Below the pieces are notes generated by a model, which was not told where the DNA came from, did not search any database, and was given only the letters and a program-made list of their open reading frames with translations. The translations under genes and the position numbers were made by a program. A stretch of DNA of 64,000 nt from assembly GCA_951804945.1 (NCBI GenBank), contig OX638158.1:34658001-34722000 (forward strand). Reading direction: 5' to 3'. Source of the DNA: Podarcis cretensis. Taxonomy: Eukaryota. This document shows positions 50,481 to 63,060 of the stretch, piece by piece (positions within the stretch are counted from its first letter, which is position 1; every line of letters begins with the position of its first letter).

Positions 50481-52537
50481 AAGAGTCCTACCATTTAACT
50501 CTTAGCCCAAACAGTGAATAGACTCCATCAGGAGATATGAGTTAGTTCACAACATTTCCTTAAAATAAAGCCCTTTTTCACACATTAGGTAAAGCATTTG
50601 TAGTGACATTAGTACCCTTTCTTTTCACAAGTTCATTATTCTAGCATATGATACATATCATGTACTTGTAGAAGGCAGAGAAAAAACCATTATCATTGAT
50701 TCTTAAGAGGAACAAAGAACTAAATTCTTATTATAAGATCACAATGAGCCAGTGTAATATAACTGCAAAGATAGCTAACGAGTACTGGAGGGTTATCCTC
50801 ATGATTCACCAAAGAGAAAACCTTGATCACATTCTCTCCACTGGTACAATGATAGACCCATGCACATGAACAGAAAGCAAGATCTCTCATTAGAAACTGG
50901 AATTACTTCTGTTTTGGAATGGTAATGTTTTATGTGTAAATACTGTTCTAAGATTCCATAAAACAGTTTAGCACAATGTTGATTCTTTACTTTCTTTACC
51001 ATTTACCAACTTACAAAAAGATATGCTTAAGCACCTTATGGTACAGTACATTTTAAATTAGCCAAGACTTCAGGGAACAAGACAGCCTATGAACACAAGA
51101 GACAGAGGGGGGGAAAGAAGCAAGAAACTAGAGTTGGGAACTGAAGACTAATGGAATAGTATGATTTCCCACCAATTACCGTGTCCTCACAGCCACCTTA
51201 TGATACAGTTGCTTGAGAGTTTCTCCCATCAAAGCCAAACCTGGCAGTAAATCACACTGGGTATATCAAATTTGAAAAGAGTAGAAATTTGGACTTTTCC
51301 ATGTGTAGCCTTTAGTCCCTAACCCATAGCTCAGAGTTTTACACTGTCATTGTTCCTTCATATGCACATTATCTTGCTGTCTGAAGCCTAACGGGGGGCG
51401 GGAAGAAAAATGTAATGAAACTGATAAACTCTTCGTTTGTGCAAGCTAAGCATCTGCATAGCAGATAAAAAGCAAATTTCAGGGGGACAAGTTGGTATAT
51501 AATACTGATTTATCCCAAACCTAACCTAAATTTCCTACCTTAAGCATATGAAAGGTATACGGGTAACCCCGTTTTAGGTGTGACCAATATGTGTGCAATT
51601 GCACACACACGCTGAACCTGCAAATGTCATTAAAGATGTCACTAAAAGGGTGAAACAGGGGCAAGCATGCAATGACCAGGAAAGCAACCCCTGCGCAAAT
51701 CGGGGGTTGCCTGCATGTATATCTTAATAGAACATTATATAATGCACTCTTGTATGTTGCTTGGAAATGCACAGCTGACAGGAGGTAAACTGACCTCTAT
51801 CACTAGTCAGGTGACAATGTGTCACCGGGAGGGTGAACCACCTGACTTTCAGGAAAAATAACATGACATAGGGGAGGCCAACCAGGCCCAATTCATCAAG
51901 ATGGCATGGCTGCTCCAATGCCTGAACTGCAGCTAAAATATTACATCCATTTTCCACATGGTCTAGTCCTTCCCCTGCCCATCTCCCTAATAGTCTTAAG
52001 AGGGTCTCTTCTCCAGTCTTCGAAGAGTAGCTGGAGGCACGGAGGCAGAAAAAGGCACTCCTTTCCTTCCACTCTGCAGTTTTAATCTGAAATCTTAGGT
52101 GCAATACTGTGCCCAGAACTCAGAAACAGCTCACACTAGTGCAAATACCTGTCACAAAATGCGCCTAGAACAATGGGAATTTCGAACACTGCCTGAGACA
52201 ATTTTGCTGTTTTACCGTTTTGTCTTTTGTATATCTCTGATTACTGTTTATGTATCTTACATTGTAAAGTATCTGAAGTGCACTGGAATAAATGTGGTTT
52301 ATAAACACAGTACTATTAAACATACATTCTGGTACAAGCTAAATCTACAGCTTCAAAAAAGTTAATGTCAAATCAGAAATTAATACGCCACCATACAATG
52401 GCAGGTGTGTGGCATTCGAAGTACACCAAGGTTGTCAACTGGACATTTTTCTAGGTGACTCTTGCAGAGCACAAATAACTAGCAAGTTTTCTCAAGAACT
52501 CTCTGAAAGGTTAACACAACTACACACTGGCAATCTA

Positions 52538-52896
52538 GGCAAAGGTAAAGGTACCCCTGACCGTTAAGTCCAGTCGCAGATGACTCTGGGGTTGCGCGCT
52601 CATCTCGCTCTATAGGCCAAGGAGCCAGCGTTTGTCCACAGACAGCTTCCGGGTCATGTGGCCAGCATGACTAAGCTGCTTCTGGTGAACCAGAGCAGCG
52701 CACAGAAACATCGTTTACCTTCCAGCCTGAGCGGGACCTATTTATCTACTTGCACTGCATACTTTCAAACTGCTAGGTGGGCAGGAGCTGGGACCGAACA
52801 ACGTGAGCTTACCCCGTCACAGGGATTCGAACCGTCGACCTTCTGACTGGCAAGCCCTAGGCTCTGTGGTTTAGACCACAGCACCACCCGCGTCCC
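52538..52896 (-). mobile_element. Full-length Sauria SINE
   Basis: Same structure as 38243-38604; TSD gcaatcta (52530-52537 and 52898-52905). Confidence 0.93.
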
Positions 52897-53643
52897 TGCA
52901 ATCTACACATACAATAAATTATTTGAAAGCTAACTGCCATGGTTTAACAAGCCAACTGTTTAACAGGAAACATGTAGGTAATGTTCTCATTGAAATTACA
53001 TCATCCTTTATGAAGGCTTCTTAATTTACTTATTACAATCCATCACTCACAGGTATACTCCAAAGAGCATAATAAATATTGGTTCAATAGTTGTTGATCC
53101 AATAATTCAACAAACAAAATGGAGACCACATTGGTTTGGAACACCTGCTCACTAATATAGAAAGTCACCTTCACTGCAGCACCATGGACAGGGTACAACA
53201 AAACCACAATTTTCCTCCAAGAAACTCAAAAGATTTGAAGTTTAGGCTTGACGTTTAAGAATTCTGCTGGGATAAACTAAACTGGTGTCTTAAACACAGT
53301 TCAGATTGTTTTACTACAATGAAACCAGAGCTGGAAGGAAGTTCCACTGAGTACTTGCTGTCTGATCAGCCATTTGCACAGGTGGGTTTCTTGTTCCCTC
53401 ACTGTGAATATATATAAAAATTAAATAAGATTGGCCTGTTGAAAATTCAAATACAATTCATGCTCATAACAATATGCCTAAGTTAATACACCTGCATCTT
53501 TTTTTTAATAGTCAAGCTTCACTACAACAGGAGCAAATTTACAATTTACAGCTTCCACCTTGCATAAGAAATGCTATTCCTATGATTAAAATGCATTAGC
53601 CCCGCGTTCCTCAAAACATTTCTTTTTAAAATGATCTTAAATA

Positions 53644-53869
53644 CAGTGGTACCTCGGGTTACAGACACTTCAGGTTACAGATTCTGCTAACCCAGAAATA
53701 GTACCTCGGGTTAAGAACTTTGCTTCAGGATGAGAACAGAAATTGTGCTCCAGTGGCGCAACGGCCGCAGGAGGCCCCATTAGCTAAAATGGTGCTTCAG
53801 ATTAAGAACAGTTTCAAGTTAAGAACGGACCTCCGGAACAAATTAAGTACTTAACCCGAAGTACCACTG
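53644..53869. mobile_element. Tigger-like MITE
   Basis: TA|CAGTGGTACCTCGGGTTA ... TAACCCGAAGTACCACTG|TA. Confidence 0.92.
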
Positions 53870-54017
53870 TACTGTACTGTATTTGCAATTCTGTTGGTTT
53901 CCCTGTAACTCTCTCCAAACTTCAGGAAGGAGACTTCCATCTTGGCCAGAAATATAATATAAATATATTTAAGCCTACATGTAAACATAGCTGCTTATAC
54001 TTAAGATGTTAATAAGA

Positions 54018-54205
54018 GCACTGCTGAATTGTACCAAAGGTCTATCTAGTCTAGCATTCTGTTCCCACAGTGGCCAACCAGGTATCTATGGGAATCCCAT
54101 AAGCAGGACATAAGCACAATAGCACTTTCCCACTCAGAGTCCCCAAGTATTCAGGTGCATACTGCATCTGACACTGGAATATACAGTCATCACTGATAGC
54201 CATTG
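54018..54205 (-). mobile_element. CR1-type 3' UTR fragment
   Basis: ctgctg...accaaaggtctatctagtctagcattctgttcccacagtggccaaccag, resembling common squamate CR1 3' ends. Confidence 0.55.
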
Positions 54206-54388
54206 CTACCCTTTTCTGCACCTGTACATGCCACCCTATATGCTTGGACAGCAACAAATACTGAACATCTTGAAATATTGTATCGATAAAATGCACATCA
54301 TTCTTCCTTACTATGGCTTATCAAAGCTTGTAATTAAACCAGGGTGGTATCATGAATTAAAGAGGTCAATGAGTCAGATGAAGACATG

Positions 54389-54585
54389 GCTGCCTTATAC
54401 CAAGTCAGACCACTGGCCTATGTAGCCCCAGTATTGTCCATCTTAACTGGCAGTACCTCTCCCAAAGGCTCAAGGAGAGGTCGTTCCCAACGCTAAATTT
54501 AAAAGCCTTCTAACTGGAGACGTTAGGATTTAACCTGGGGTGTTCTGTAGGTAAACCATGTGCTCTACCACAGAATAATAACCCT
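54389..54585 (-). mobile_element. tRNA-derived SINE (family of 46578-46762)
   Basis: gctgccttatac...gtcagacca...cagtattgtc ... atgtgctctaccac. Confidence 0.65.
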
Positions 54586-55989
54586 TCAAAAATGAGAAAA
54601 ATCCCTTGTAGAAGCCAAACAATTACTTCCAACAGGGCAGAAATAAAGTTTAAATTAAATGTACAATGATTCTTGTGACAACTTTGCTTTATCAGATTAA
54701 CACCACAGTATTTCAAGGATGGAATATTCTCAACCTGCAAATTTAAAAGTCACATTGGCAACTAATGATTGAGAGGGGCTATGTTTTCAGTCAAAGGACT
54801 AAAGGGCCAGCAATATTGGCTCTGTTCATAGCTCACTATAATTGAAGCCAAGAAAAAGGCAAAAGGTTTATTAAGGCAAACATGCAGAATGTGGACAACA
54901 CCATATTTTGGCATCCTGCTGCTATCTCAATCCCTGACTCCCACTAATATGCCATGAATAGGCAAATAACAATAAGCAGCTGAATATTGTCAAAAACTCT
55001 GCTCAAAACCCAGTTGCTTTTCATATTTGAGTGTGTTACAAACTGTGTCATACAAACTGGAGAGAAGAGGGTTAACAGAGTTATTTGCCCATGTATAGAA
55101 TAATCCACATAGGTGAGCTAGTAGCTGGCCTGATAGCAGGCCTACACTACTGCCTCTTATCAGAAGCTTCGGGTGCCTAGACTAAGCACCTGGAGAACAA
55201 CTGCCCACTCCTAACATTTTTTGAGCTGTTAGATGCAGTATCTTCTTCTTCTCATTATTATTATTATTATTATTATCTTTTCAAAACTAATTACTTTTAG
55301 TACTTCAAAGCTGCAACCAAATTCTGAAGAAACCACCATTAATGAACACAACAAATAGTCTGAAGCAAAGCTTATGAACTAGGGCTCTAGATAAGTTGTT
55401 CAGCAACTGAATGTATCAAGTACTGTAGCACATTATATCATCAACCTCTCATGTACATGAGATTTTAGCAAAATTGGTTTTTCTAAGCAAGCAGCTGGGC
55501 AGTTCCTCCTAATTAATTATATTAAAACATTTCAATCATGTTAGTCAACAATTCAAGATATGTACTTGAGTCATAGTTTTATGTCTATGTATTTTACTGC
55601 AAATTAGTTCAGATTACCTAGAGAAGTACTGCTTTTCCCTTTCGCAGAACGAGGCACCTACATTATTCCTATACCTGCAAATGAATGAATAACCCATACA
55701 CTTTATGCACTAATTCTATGGCAAATAGGTTTCATGGTGACATCACTCTTCAAAATGCCCCTTCTCTTGGCAGGAAAGCATTCACTTTCCCTATAGCACC
55801 TTCTTTTTCCCATACCATCCTAAAAGAGAAATATTTGATGACTTCTCCAAATCCCAACTTTATGCCTCAATCTTCCCATCAATCAAAAGGGATAAATTCC
55901 ACATATTATTTATATAAGTGCTCAGGTCTACAGCCCACGTAGAATTCAAGTATCCCCCCCCCCGGTAGTGTACTGGAAAAAAGGGGGGA

Positions 55990-56116
55990 AGCTCAGCCAG
56001 AAGAGCACGAGACTCTTAATCTCAGGGTTGTGGATTTGAATGCCACGTTGGGCAACAGATTCCTGCATTGCGAGGGGTTGGACTAGATGATCCTCATGGT
56101 CCCTTCCAACTCTACA
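55990..56116 (+). mobile_element. tRNA-Lys(CTT)-derived SINE with a CR1 3' tail
   Basis: agctcag..agagcacgagactCTTaatctcagggttgtggatttgaatgccacgttgggc resembles tRNA-Lys(CUU). It is followed by ggggttggactagatga...ggtcccttccaactcta (CR1 end). Confidence 0.8.
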
Positions 56117-57061
56117 AAACCCAGAAAAAGTAATAGGGCTGGCCATTTGCCTTTTCTACCTGAAGAAACATTCAAGTGTGAGTTTATGGGAAAGACGCAT
56201 GAGTTGAAGAGCATATATACATTCTGAAAAGATTTAATAATTAAGATATTCTATTATTTTTCCATATAAACAATTGCTTCATTCCAGCAGGACATTACAT
56301 ATTTGCAAATGGAAAGAAAATGGTCAATAAGACCATCACCTTACAACTGAATTTGATTACCTTCTGCAGTAACTATGGATAGTAACTCAGACTTGTTCAC
56401 ACTGTGCAGTTCTACTGTTTATACATTACAGCACCTGCGTCAGAAGTAATTCTGGATGGGGGCATACAAAATCTTTATGTAGTATATTTTGGATGTAACT
56501 TGTATTGTGATGCTCTGCATACATTCTTCGAATTACATTTTTAGGAGGCATATGCTTCAAGAGAAGTCTCACGTTATGCAACTTTTTAAGAAGTCAGTGA
56601 CGAGCTAAAGGATACATTGGTTATTTCACAATTATGACTGATGAGAAATGCAGAAGTTGTGTGTATTTATTCTTCTAACAAATTAGTCCAGTATGAATTG
56701 ATTAGGCTCTCCCAAGACATATGGCTCAAAGATGCCAACTTAAACAACATGATCCGATACCTTTTAGTCCGCAATACTTTCTCTTAAAGAAGCCAAGAAT
56801 AATAATGAAAATACGGAGTTATAAATGTCTTGTTCCAGTCGTTGTGGCCCCTGTACCATACAGTGACAATTCTCTCTTAGAAGAAACTTTCTTTTTTTGA
56901 CAAGTCAAGAAAGTTAGTATACAAATAAAAATAGTTACATATGTCTAACTGTCAAACATATCTAAACGGATGAATGTGTTACTTCTGTTTGGGGGATTAG
57001 AAACTAAGAACTTCAGAATGATTTAAACCTGGTATAATGTGTTTGACTATCAAACCATATA

Positions 57062-57249
57062 CAGTGGTACCTTGGGTTAAGTACTTAATTCATTCCGGAG
57101 GTCTGTTCTTAACCTGAAACTGTTCTTAACCTGAAGCACCACTTTAGCTAATGGGGCCTCCTGCTGCTAGCAAAGTTCTTAACCTGAAGCACGATTTCTG
57201 GGTTAGCAGAGTCTGTAACCTGAAGTATATGTAACCTGAGGTACCACTG
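57062..57249. mobile_element. Tigger-like MITE, inverted relative to 53644-53869, internally deleted
   Basis: TA|CAGTGGTACCTTGGGTTAA ... TAACCTGAGGTACCACTG|CA. Confidence 0.9.
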
Positions 57250-58655
57250 CATGAAGTTACTTGAACAAACAATTTCCTAAAACTACATGTTTTATGGGGA
57301 CTGTATGAATTTGTTGAACCACAAGGAACAAGTACACCAGACATATTTAATAATTTGTTCCGTAGTTATAATTTCAAGAAATAAAAAGTCACGTCAATAA
57401 TCATTTGCTCTTATTATTACTATCACCATGCTAACATGCCTATGGCCACAAAGGCAGTAGCTAATATGATCTGGATATATATATATATATTTTTAAAAAA
57501 GGTAAACACAGACAGTATTACAGCATGCACATCACCACCACTTCAATCTAAACCAATTTATTAGAAGTCACAAGCAGAACTCTTAAGCCCTTAAGTAGTG
57601 AAAGGTATAGGAAGCCAATTACATGCCAATTTCTAGAGCCCAGCTCCTGACTGCATTACTTCCTAGGCTTACATTACATAAAATATATGTCCTACACTAG
57701 CATAGATTTTCCTCCTGAGAAACATGTTTACCTTTAGTACACAGGGTATAGAAATCTGTCAGGAATTACTACCCTAATAAAAAAGTATGTGTGGAGTTGC
57801 AGGAGGAGGCGGGGAGAGATACATGAAGGAACCATAACCTCACTTTGAAGGAAGAAAGGAAATGCAGACCATGGAAGAGAAAGCGGTGAAAGGCCTTCAA
57901 CCTTACTTAATCGGAGCATCCCACAAAACGTAAGGCATGAGGAACTGACTTCTGTATAACGGGAAAGCCGTACGGGAACGTAAGAGGAAATTTTAAAAAT
58001 CTAGGGAAATTCGAAATGCCCATCACAATAGGGCAAGAGGGGACACTTAACTGCCACCCACTACCAAACACACGTGCTGCTGCTGGAGAGCCTGGATGCT
58101 CCCCTCCCCACCAACCACCACCTCTTTCAATACTGTGGATGGAAGGAAGGAAGGAGGAGAAACCTCCTCCTGCTCAGCACCTTATCAGACCCAAAGCCTA
58201 TGAGCGATAGGTTCCTCCTGAACATGCACCCGCGAGAAGCGGCGGAGGGGTGGGGATGGGGATGCGAAGGAGGCGCTGCCCGAGAGCCCTCCGCCTCTCT
58301 TGACTCCCCAGCCCCCGCCCTGAGCAGCCACAGCGTGGCCTCCGCCTCGCTCGGAGCCCCCTCTCCATCCAGCTGGTCCCCGGCGCGAGCGGCCAGGCGC
58401 CGGCAACCCCTCGGACCACCCTTGCGCTCCTGAGGGAGGCGAGCCGGCCCTCGCCGCCGCAGGGGCAGGAGCCGCCCTGGCTGGCCCCAGCCCGCCTTCC
58501 CGCCCCTCCGGCCACAGGGAGCCCCGGCGCCGGCCCAGGGTCTGGAGCAGGCGCATGAGGGATGGCCGAGGCCTGCAGGCTCCCCGCGAAGCCTCCGCTC
58601 TCTCGTAGCTAGGCAGCCCCGGCTAGCGCTCCCCGAGCCCCGGCTGCTCACTCAC

Positions 58656-58890
58656 CCGCCGCCTCGTCGTCCCTGCTCCACGGCGACCGGCTGTCTGGCG
58701 GCGGGGGCGGCGATACCCTCTCGCGCTCCCTTCCTCTCGCTCGCTCGCTCGGCTTCTGTAGCAGCGGGGAAGGGGTCCGGGCGGCTCCGACGACGACCTT
58801 TATGTGAGAGACGGGTAATCTCCAGGCTCTGCGCGCTCCGCTGCCAGACCAGCCACCATCTTACATTAGGGAGAGACTGCTTGCCTGCCC
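58656..58890 (-). other. CNOT4: CNOT4 exon 1 (5'UTR); TSS position approximate
   Basis: Consensus donor CGG|GTGAGT (GT at 58655-58654) inside the CpG island; YY1-like AAGATGG near 58856-58862. Confidence 0.75.
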
Positions 58891-58907
58891 CGGACGCTGC
58901 TTCCAAG

Positions 58908-58918
58908 GCGCATGCGCA
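58908..58918. promoter_or_regulatory. NRF1 site GCGCATGCGCA
   Basis: Consensus palindrome immediately upstream of the inferred TSS. Confidence 0.75.
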
Positions 58919-58990
58919 CGAGCCGCCGGAGAGGCGGGTGCGGGGGAAAGGAAAAAGGTAGAAGGCGACGCGACGAGAGAGAGAGAGAGA

Positions 58991-59010
58991 GCATGACGGG
59001 AGTTGTAGTC
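58991..59010 (-). promoter_or_regulatory. ZNF143/THAP11(Ronin)-HCF1 type motif GACTACAACTCCCGTCATGC
   Basis: Matches the ACTACANNTCCC promoter motif, about 100 bp upstream of the inferred TSS. Confidence 0.75.
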
Positions 59011-59621
59011 TTTACTGGCGGGGGAGGGAACTAGGGCAGCCGGCGAGCGTGTCCTTCCCCGGGTTCAAAAGGGGATGGGTTAGGCTGCTGACGAGGCGGT
59101 CACACTGTCGCCCAGGAAACAGTGATAGCTGTGGCATTTAAACCGGTTTATTCCACATCAGTCAGAGGGACTGAGCTGGTTTAACGTCAGCTAGTGGTTC
59201 GATTGAAATGCTCCCGGTTCGCTTATCCACCCCAGCCCGCTTCTTCCGGCACACATTCCTAGAGAGCGGGAGCCTGCATTTAAGAATCCCTCCCCTTTTC
59301 AAAAGGATGCAACAGATTCCGATCATTTTAAGCACGGCCAGAGAGAGGGTCATGGAAGGATGGGGTAGGCAGTGCCATGAAGATTCATGATTCGTCGACT
59401 CTGGTCGGCAAAAGCTTGTAACACAACAAAACCTGGCCCGGTGGCAAACAATATTCTTCGTTGTTCTGCTGTAACACTAACTCAGTTAACCCTCTGGGGA
59501 TTTCCTAGCGGTAGTACTAATTCTTGTATGACACACAGATTCACCACTGAGACGTCTTCTCATATGCACTAATTACTTAAAAATACGCACAGTATATTCA
59601 AGAGACGGGCTGTCACCCAGG

Positions 59622-59891
59622 CAGGGCCGTAGCTAGGGGGTGGTGAGGTGGGCCCCCCCCCCAGGGGCGCAGGCGATTGAGGGGCGCAAAATCGGCTTAA
59701 AAATATGTCCATAAATATAAGTATCGATTATTGCCTCATAAGAAATGGTTTTAAACAGAGGGTGAATTCAATGGGTGGAGTGGGGGGTTGGGGTTGGAGG
59801 AGAGGCGGAAAGAAGAGCTAATTTGTCCGTGGCTAGGGGCGCAATCTGGATGGTTCTGCCAGGGGTGCAATATTACCTGTCTACAGCTCTG
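59622..59891. mobile_element. hAT (Tip100-like) MITE just upstream of the promoter
   Basis: Termini CAGGGCCGTAGCTAGG / CCTGTCTACAGCTCTG; perfect 8-bp TSD CACCCAGG (59614-59621 and 59892-59899). Confidence 0.88.
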
Positions 59892-60191
59892 CACCCAGGA
59901 GACGTTTTAACTGATATTGCTGTGCATTGCTCCCATTACAATATATTTACAGTACTGCTGATGGGGGCTGGGGCTACATAGCTGGTTATGTTTGCACTGA
60001 TGTAACTTTTAATTGTTTTACTTCAGGGTGCTTGCTGTGATGTATGGCTATTTTATGTTATTTTCGGTTTGTATTTATTGTTGCTAAACAACAGTTTTAA
60101 CTGTGACCAGAGACAGATGCTCCTGGTGGTTTTTATAAGCACAAGAATATTTGGCTGTCTGCTGTAGCCTAAGGAATTTTAACACAGTATA

Positions 60192-60495
60192 AAGGTAAAG
60201 GGACCCTTGACCGTTAGGTCCAGTTGCGGACAACTCTGGGGTTGCGGTGCTCATCTCGCTTTACTGGCTGAGGGAGCTGGCATACAGCTCATGTGGCCAG
60301 CATGACTAAGCCACTTCCAGCGAACCAGAGCAGTGCACGGAAACGCCGTTTACTTTCCCGCCAGAGTGGTACCTATTTATCTACTTGCACTTTGACATGC
60401 TTTTGAACTGCTAGGTTGGCAGGAGCAGGGACTGAGCAACGGGAGTTCATCCCGTCGCGGGGATTCGAACTGCCAACCTTCTGATCGGCAAGCCC
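60192..60495 (-). mobile_element. 5'-truncated Sauria SINE
   Basis: 13-bp TSD ttaacacagtata (60179-60191 and 60496-60508); lacks the A-box end. Confidence 0.92.
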
Positions 60496-60689
60496 TTAAC
60501 ACAGTATAGTGACATTAGGCTGCATGCCTTTAGCATATAATAATTTCCCCCTGTAATGGATCAGGTACTTAAGAGTATATTTTTGTCTGGATATATTTTT
60601 GTAAATTTTTTGTCCAAGGAGCCTCTTGTGGTTGAGTGCCTTTTACCAGATCCATTTGGTAATGAGATAATCTGGCCACCTGTAGTGTA

Positions 60690-61190
60690 TGCAAAGCAGT
60701 CTATGTGGATCGCCCTTGGGCCTGATGGGGAACCTCCAAGATGGAACCGTTAGACTGCTTATGGGGAAAATATATTCACTGGCTTCCCATATGCTACCAA
60801 GATGGGTTCAAGACTGTTGTGCTAATATACAAAACCCTGAACAACTTGAGTCCAGTCGATGTTAAGAACCACCTGAATCCTTCGAACCCAACTCAATAAT
60901 CCAAAGAAGCACTGTTGGTGGTCCCCTGTGTTATAAAGGTCCAAATGACCAATTCTAAAAGTTTGGCATTTAGGGTCATCGGTCCTATGCTGTGGAATAC
61001 GCTTCCAACAGAGATTTGGCAGGCATCCTCGCATTTGACTTTCAGGCATCTCTTGAAGAACTTTTTATGCTGACACACTTATACAGCTGTTTAAACATTC
61101 TTGATTAGTCAGTCCTTTCAATGATTATTTTGTATTGTTTTTATAGTGCACCATGTTTTCTTGTATTATATTGTACACTGTCTTGATGTT
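60690..61190 (+). mobile_element. L2-type LINE 3' fragment
   Basis: HWLP-like remnant (cactggcttccc), ...ctgtggaatacgcttcca..., T-rich 3'UTR. Boundaries approximate. Confidence 0.65.
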
Positions 61191-61208
61191 TTCCGAAAGT
61201 TAGCAGTA

Positions 61209-61660
61209 CAGTTGACTCTCAACGTATGTGGGGGTTATGTTCCAGGAATAGTGCAAAAAGTCAAAATCGCACACAGTCAAAACCACTCTCCCTGCACCTC
61301 CCAATTCTCTCCCAACGTGAGTGCAATGGTAGGTAGGATTGCCAATGTTTTTTTTCCTGGATGCCCACCTCCTTTGTGATCCCCCCCCCCAGTGAAGTGC
61401 ATAAAACTGAATTTGCACAAGACAGAGCTCTGCATCATCCTTATCTCTCTATATGCCAGGGTCCCCCCCCACCCCCCGGTAGTTGTGTTGCACAGCTGTC
61501 AGTATGCTCACTGGGGCATCGAAGAGGGAGGACCAAGGCAAGAGTTGCTGTCCAGTAGAATGGTAAGCGAAAGTACAAATACATATGGAAAGTACAAAGT
61601 GCAAATAAAAGGCTGAAAGCTTATATGCAGGCATAGCGCATATAGGTATTCAGGGCAACA
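61209..61660. mobile_element. Degenerate Tigger-like element
   Basis: Left end TA|CAGTTGACTCTC...gggggttatgttccagg; right end poorly defined. Confidence 0.45.
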
Positions 61661-62547
61661 TTCAAGGAGGTTGTCTTGTCACAAACATGACATCAAGCCA
61701 ACATTGTTCCATTGAATTCAACCGGAGTGGGACAGAAAAGTTAAGTGTGAATAAGTTTTCTGCTTTCCAATTTTTGCAAAGAAGCAAGCACAGAAATAGA
61801 ATCAGACCCTTTAGCAAGTCCCACATAATTGAATGAGACCTATTTCCTAGTAAGGGCATACATGCAGCAGTCTGTCTTACTGAAATAAATGGGATTGCTT
61901 CGAAGTAAACATGACTAGAACTGGGCGATCAAATTTACATCATAAGTCTTATACCTGTGTACTCTAAGGAAGCTTTGCATGTTTTAATATGGCCTGATGC
62001 TAGATAAATGTACTTAAGTCTGCAACCTAAATGTGTGAAAATAGACAAGAGTGCACCTATATTTTTGGGTGATTTTATGAGCAGACCTTCTGTTCTGCAT
62101 TATTTCCTATTACATTTGATCATTCTGGTGGTGAAAGCATAAATTGTTTCCATGGAAAAATAGTATTGTGAAAGTATTTAATGCATTTTCAAAGTATCTT
62201 AATGTGATTGTAGCAGCTGGAGGTTAAGAGTAGTCAGTTTCATGTGACCAGTTATTTCTCTGCAGAACAATAACCCAAGCTGTGCAGAATGATTGTAAAC
62301 AAATAGTATTTTTTCACCTGTATTGCTTTGCTTGCATCAGAAATCTACTAAGGAGGGATTGAAATTTTAGAACTATGGGTCTGATGGATGAATGATTTGA
62401 ACAGGGCACCTTGGATTAACCATGTACACTGGCCAAAAGTCTGACTATAAATTTATAGCCTTAAAAGTTGTACCATCCAATAGTGGTTTGCATACTGGTA
62501 TAAAAGTGTATCTGGTACTACAAGGTCAATTCTCTTTTATTTCTATA

Positions 62548-62864
62548 AGGTAAAGGTAAAGGGACGCCTGACCATTAGGTCCAGTCATGACCGACTCTGG
62601 GGTTGTGGTGCTCATTTCGCCTTATTGGCCGAAGGAGCCGGCGTACAGCATGTGGCCAGCATGACTAAGCCCCTTCTGGCGAACCAGAGCAGCACACGGA
62701 AACGCCGTTTACCTTCCTGCCGGAGCAGTACCTATTTATCTACTTGCACTTTGACGTGCTTTCGAACTGCTAGGTTGGCAGGAGCCAGGACCGAGCAACG
62801 GGAGTTCACCCTGTCGCGGCTGCCGACCTTCTGATCGGCAAGTCCTAGCCTCTGTGGTTTAACC
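62548..62864 (-). mobile_element. Sauria SINE (5'-truncated, internal deletions)
   Basis: (AAAGGT)n tail and conserved body ggaaacgccgtttaccttcc...cctatttatctacttgcac. Confidence 0.92.
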
Positions 62865-63060
62865 AGACTATGCTCCTGATCTTTCTGCTTTATTTGGGCC
62901 AATTGGAGTTTCTGAACCAGTTTCAAAGGCAGCCACCACAATAATATGATTAGGTTATCAAAACTTGGATAATTGTTTCAAAGTTAGCTGTGTTCAGATA
63001 TGGATGTGGTTATTTTATAAAAGATGTTCTATGCCACAGAGGCCACCTATGAATCTAGTA

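Larger units (their letters stand above)
58200..59300. promoter_or_regulatory. CNOT4: CpG island / CNOT4 promoter
   Basis: The only extended GC- and CpG-rich non-repeat region in the window, upstream of the first coding exon. Confidence 0.9.

Noticed and set aside
55990-56054. Functional tRNA-Lys gene
   Set aside because: Acceptor stem 5' strand missing, D and T arms mutated (GATTTGAA), and fused to a CR1 tail.
58074-58906. Long Arg/Gly/Ala/Pro-rich ORFs on both strands
   Set aside because: Typical stop-poor CpG-island artefacts.
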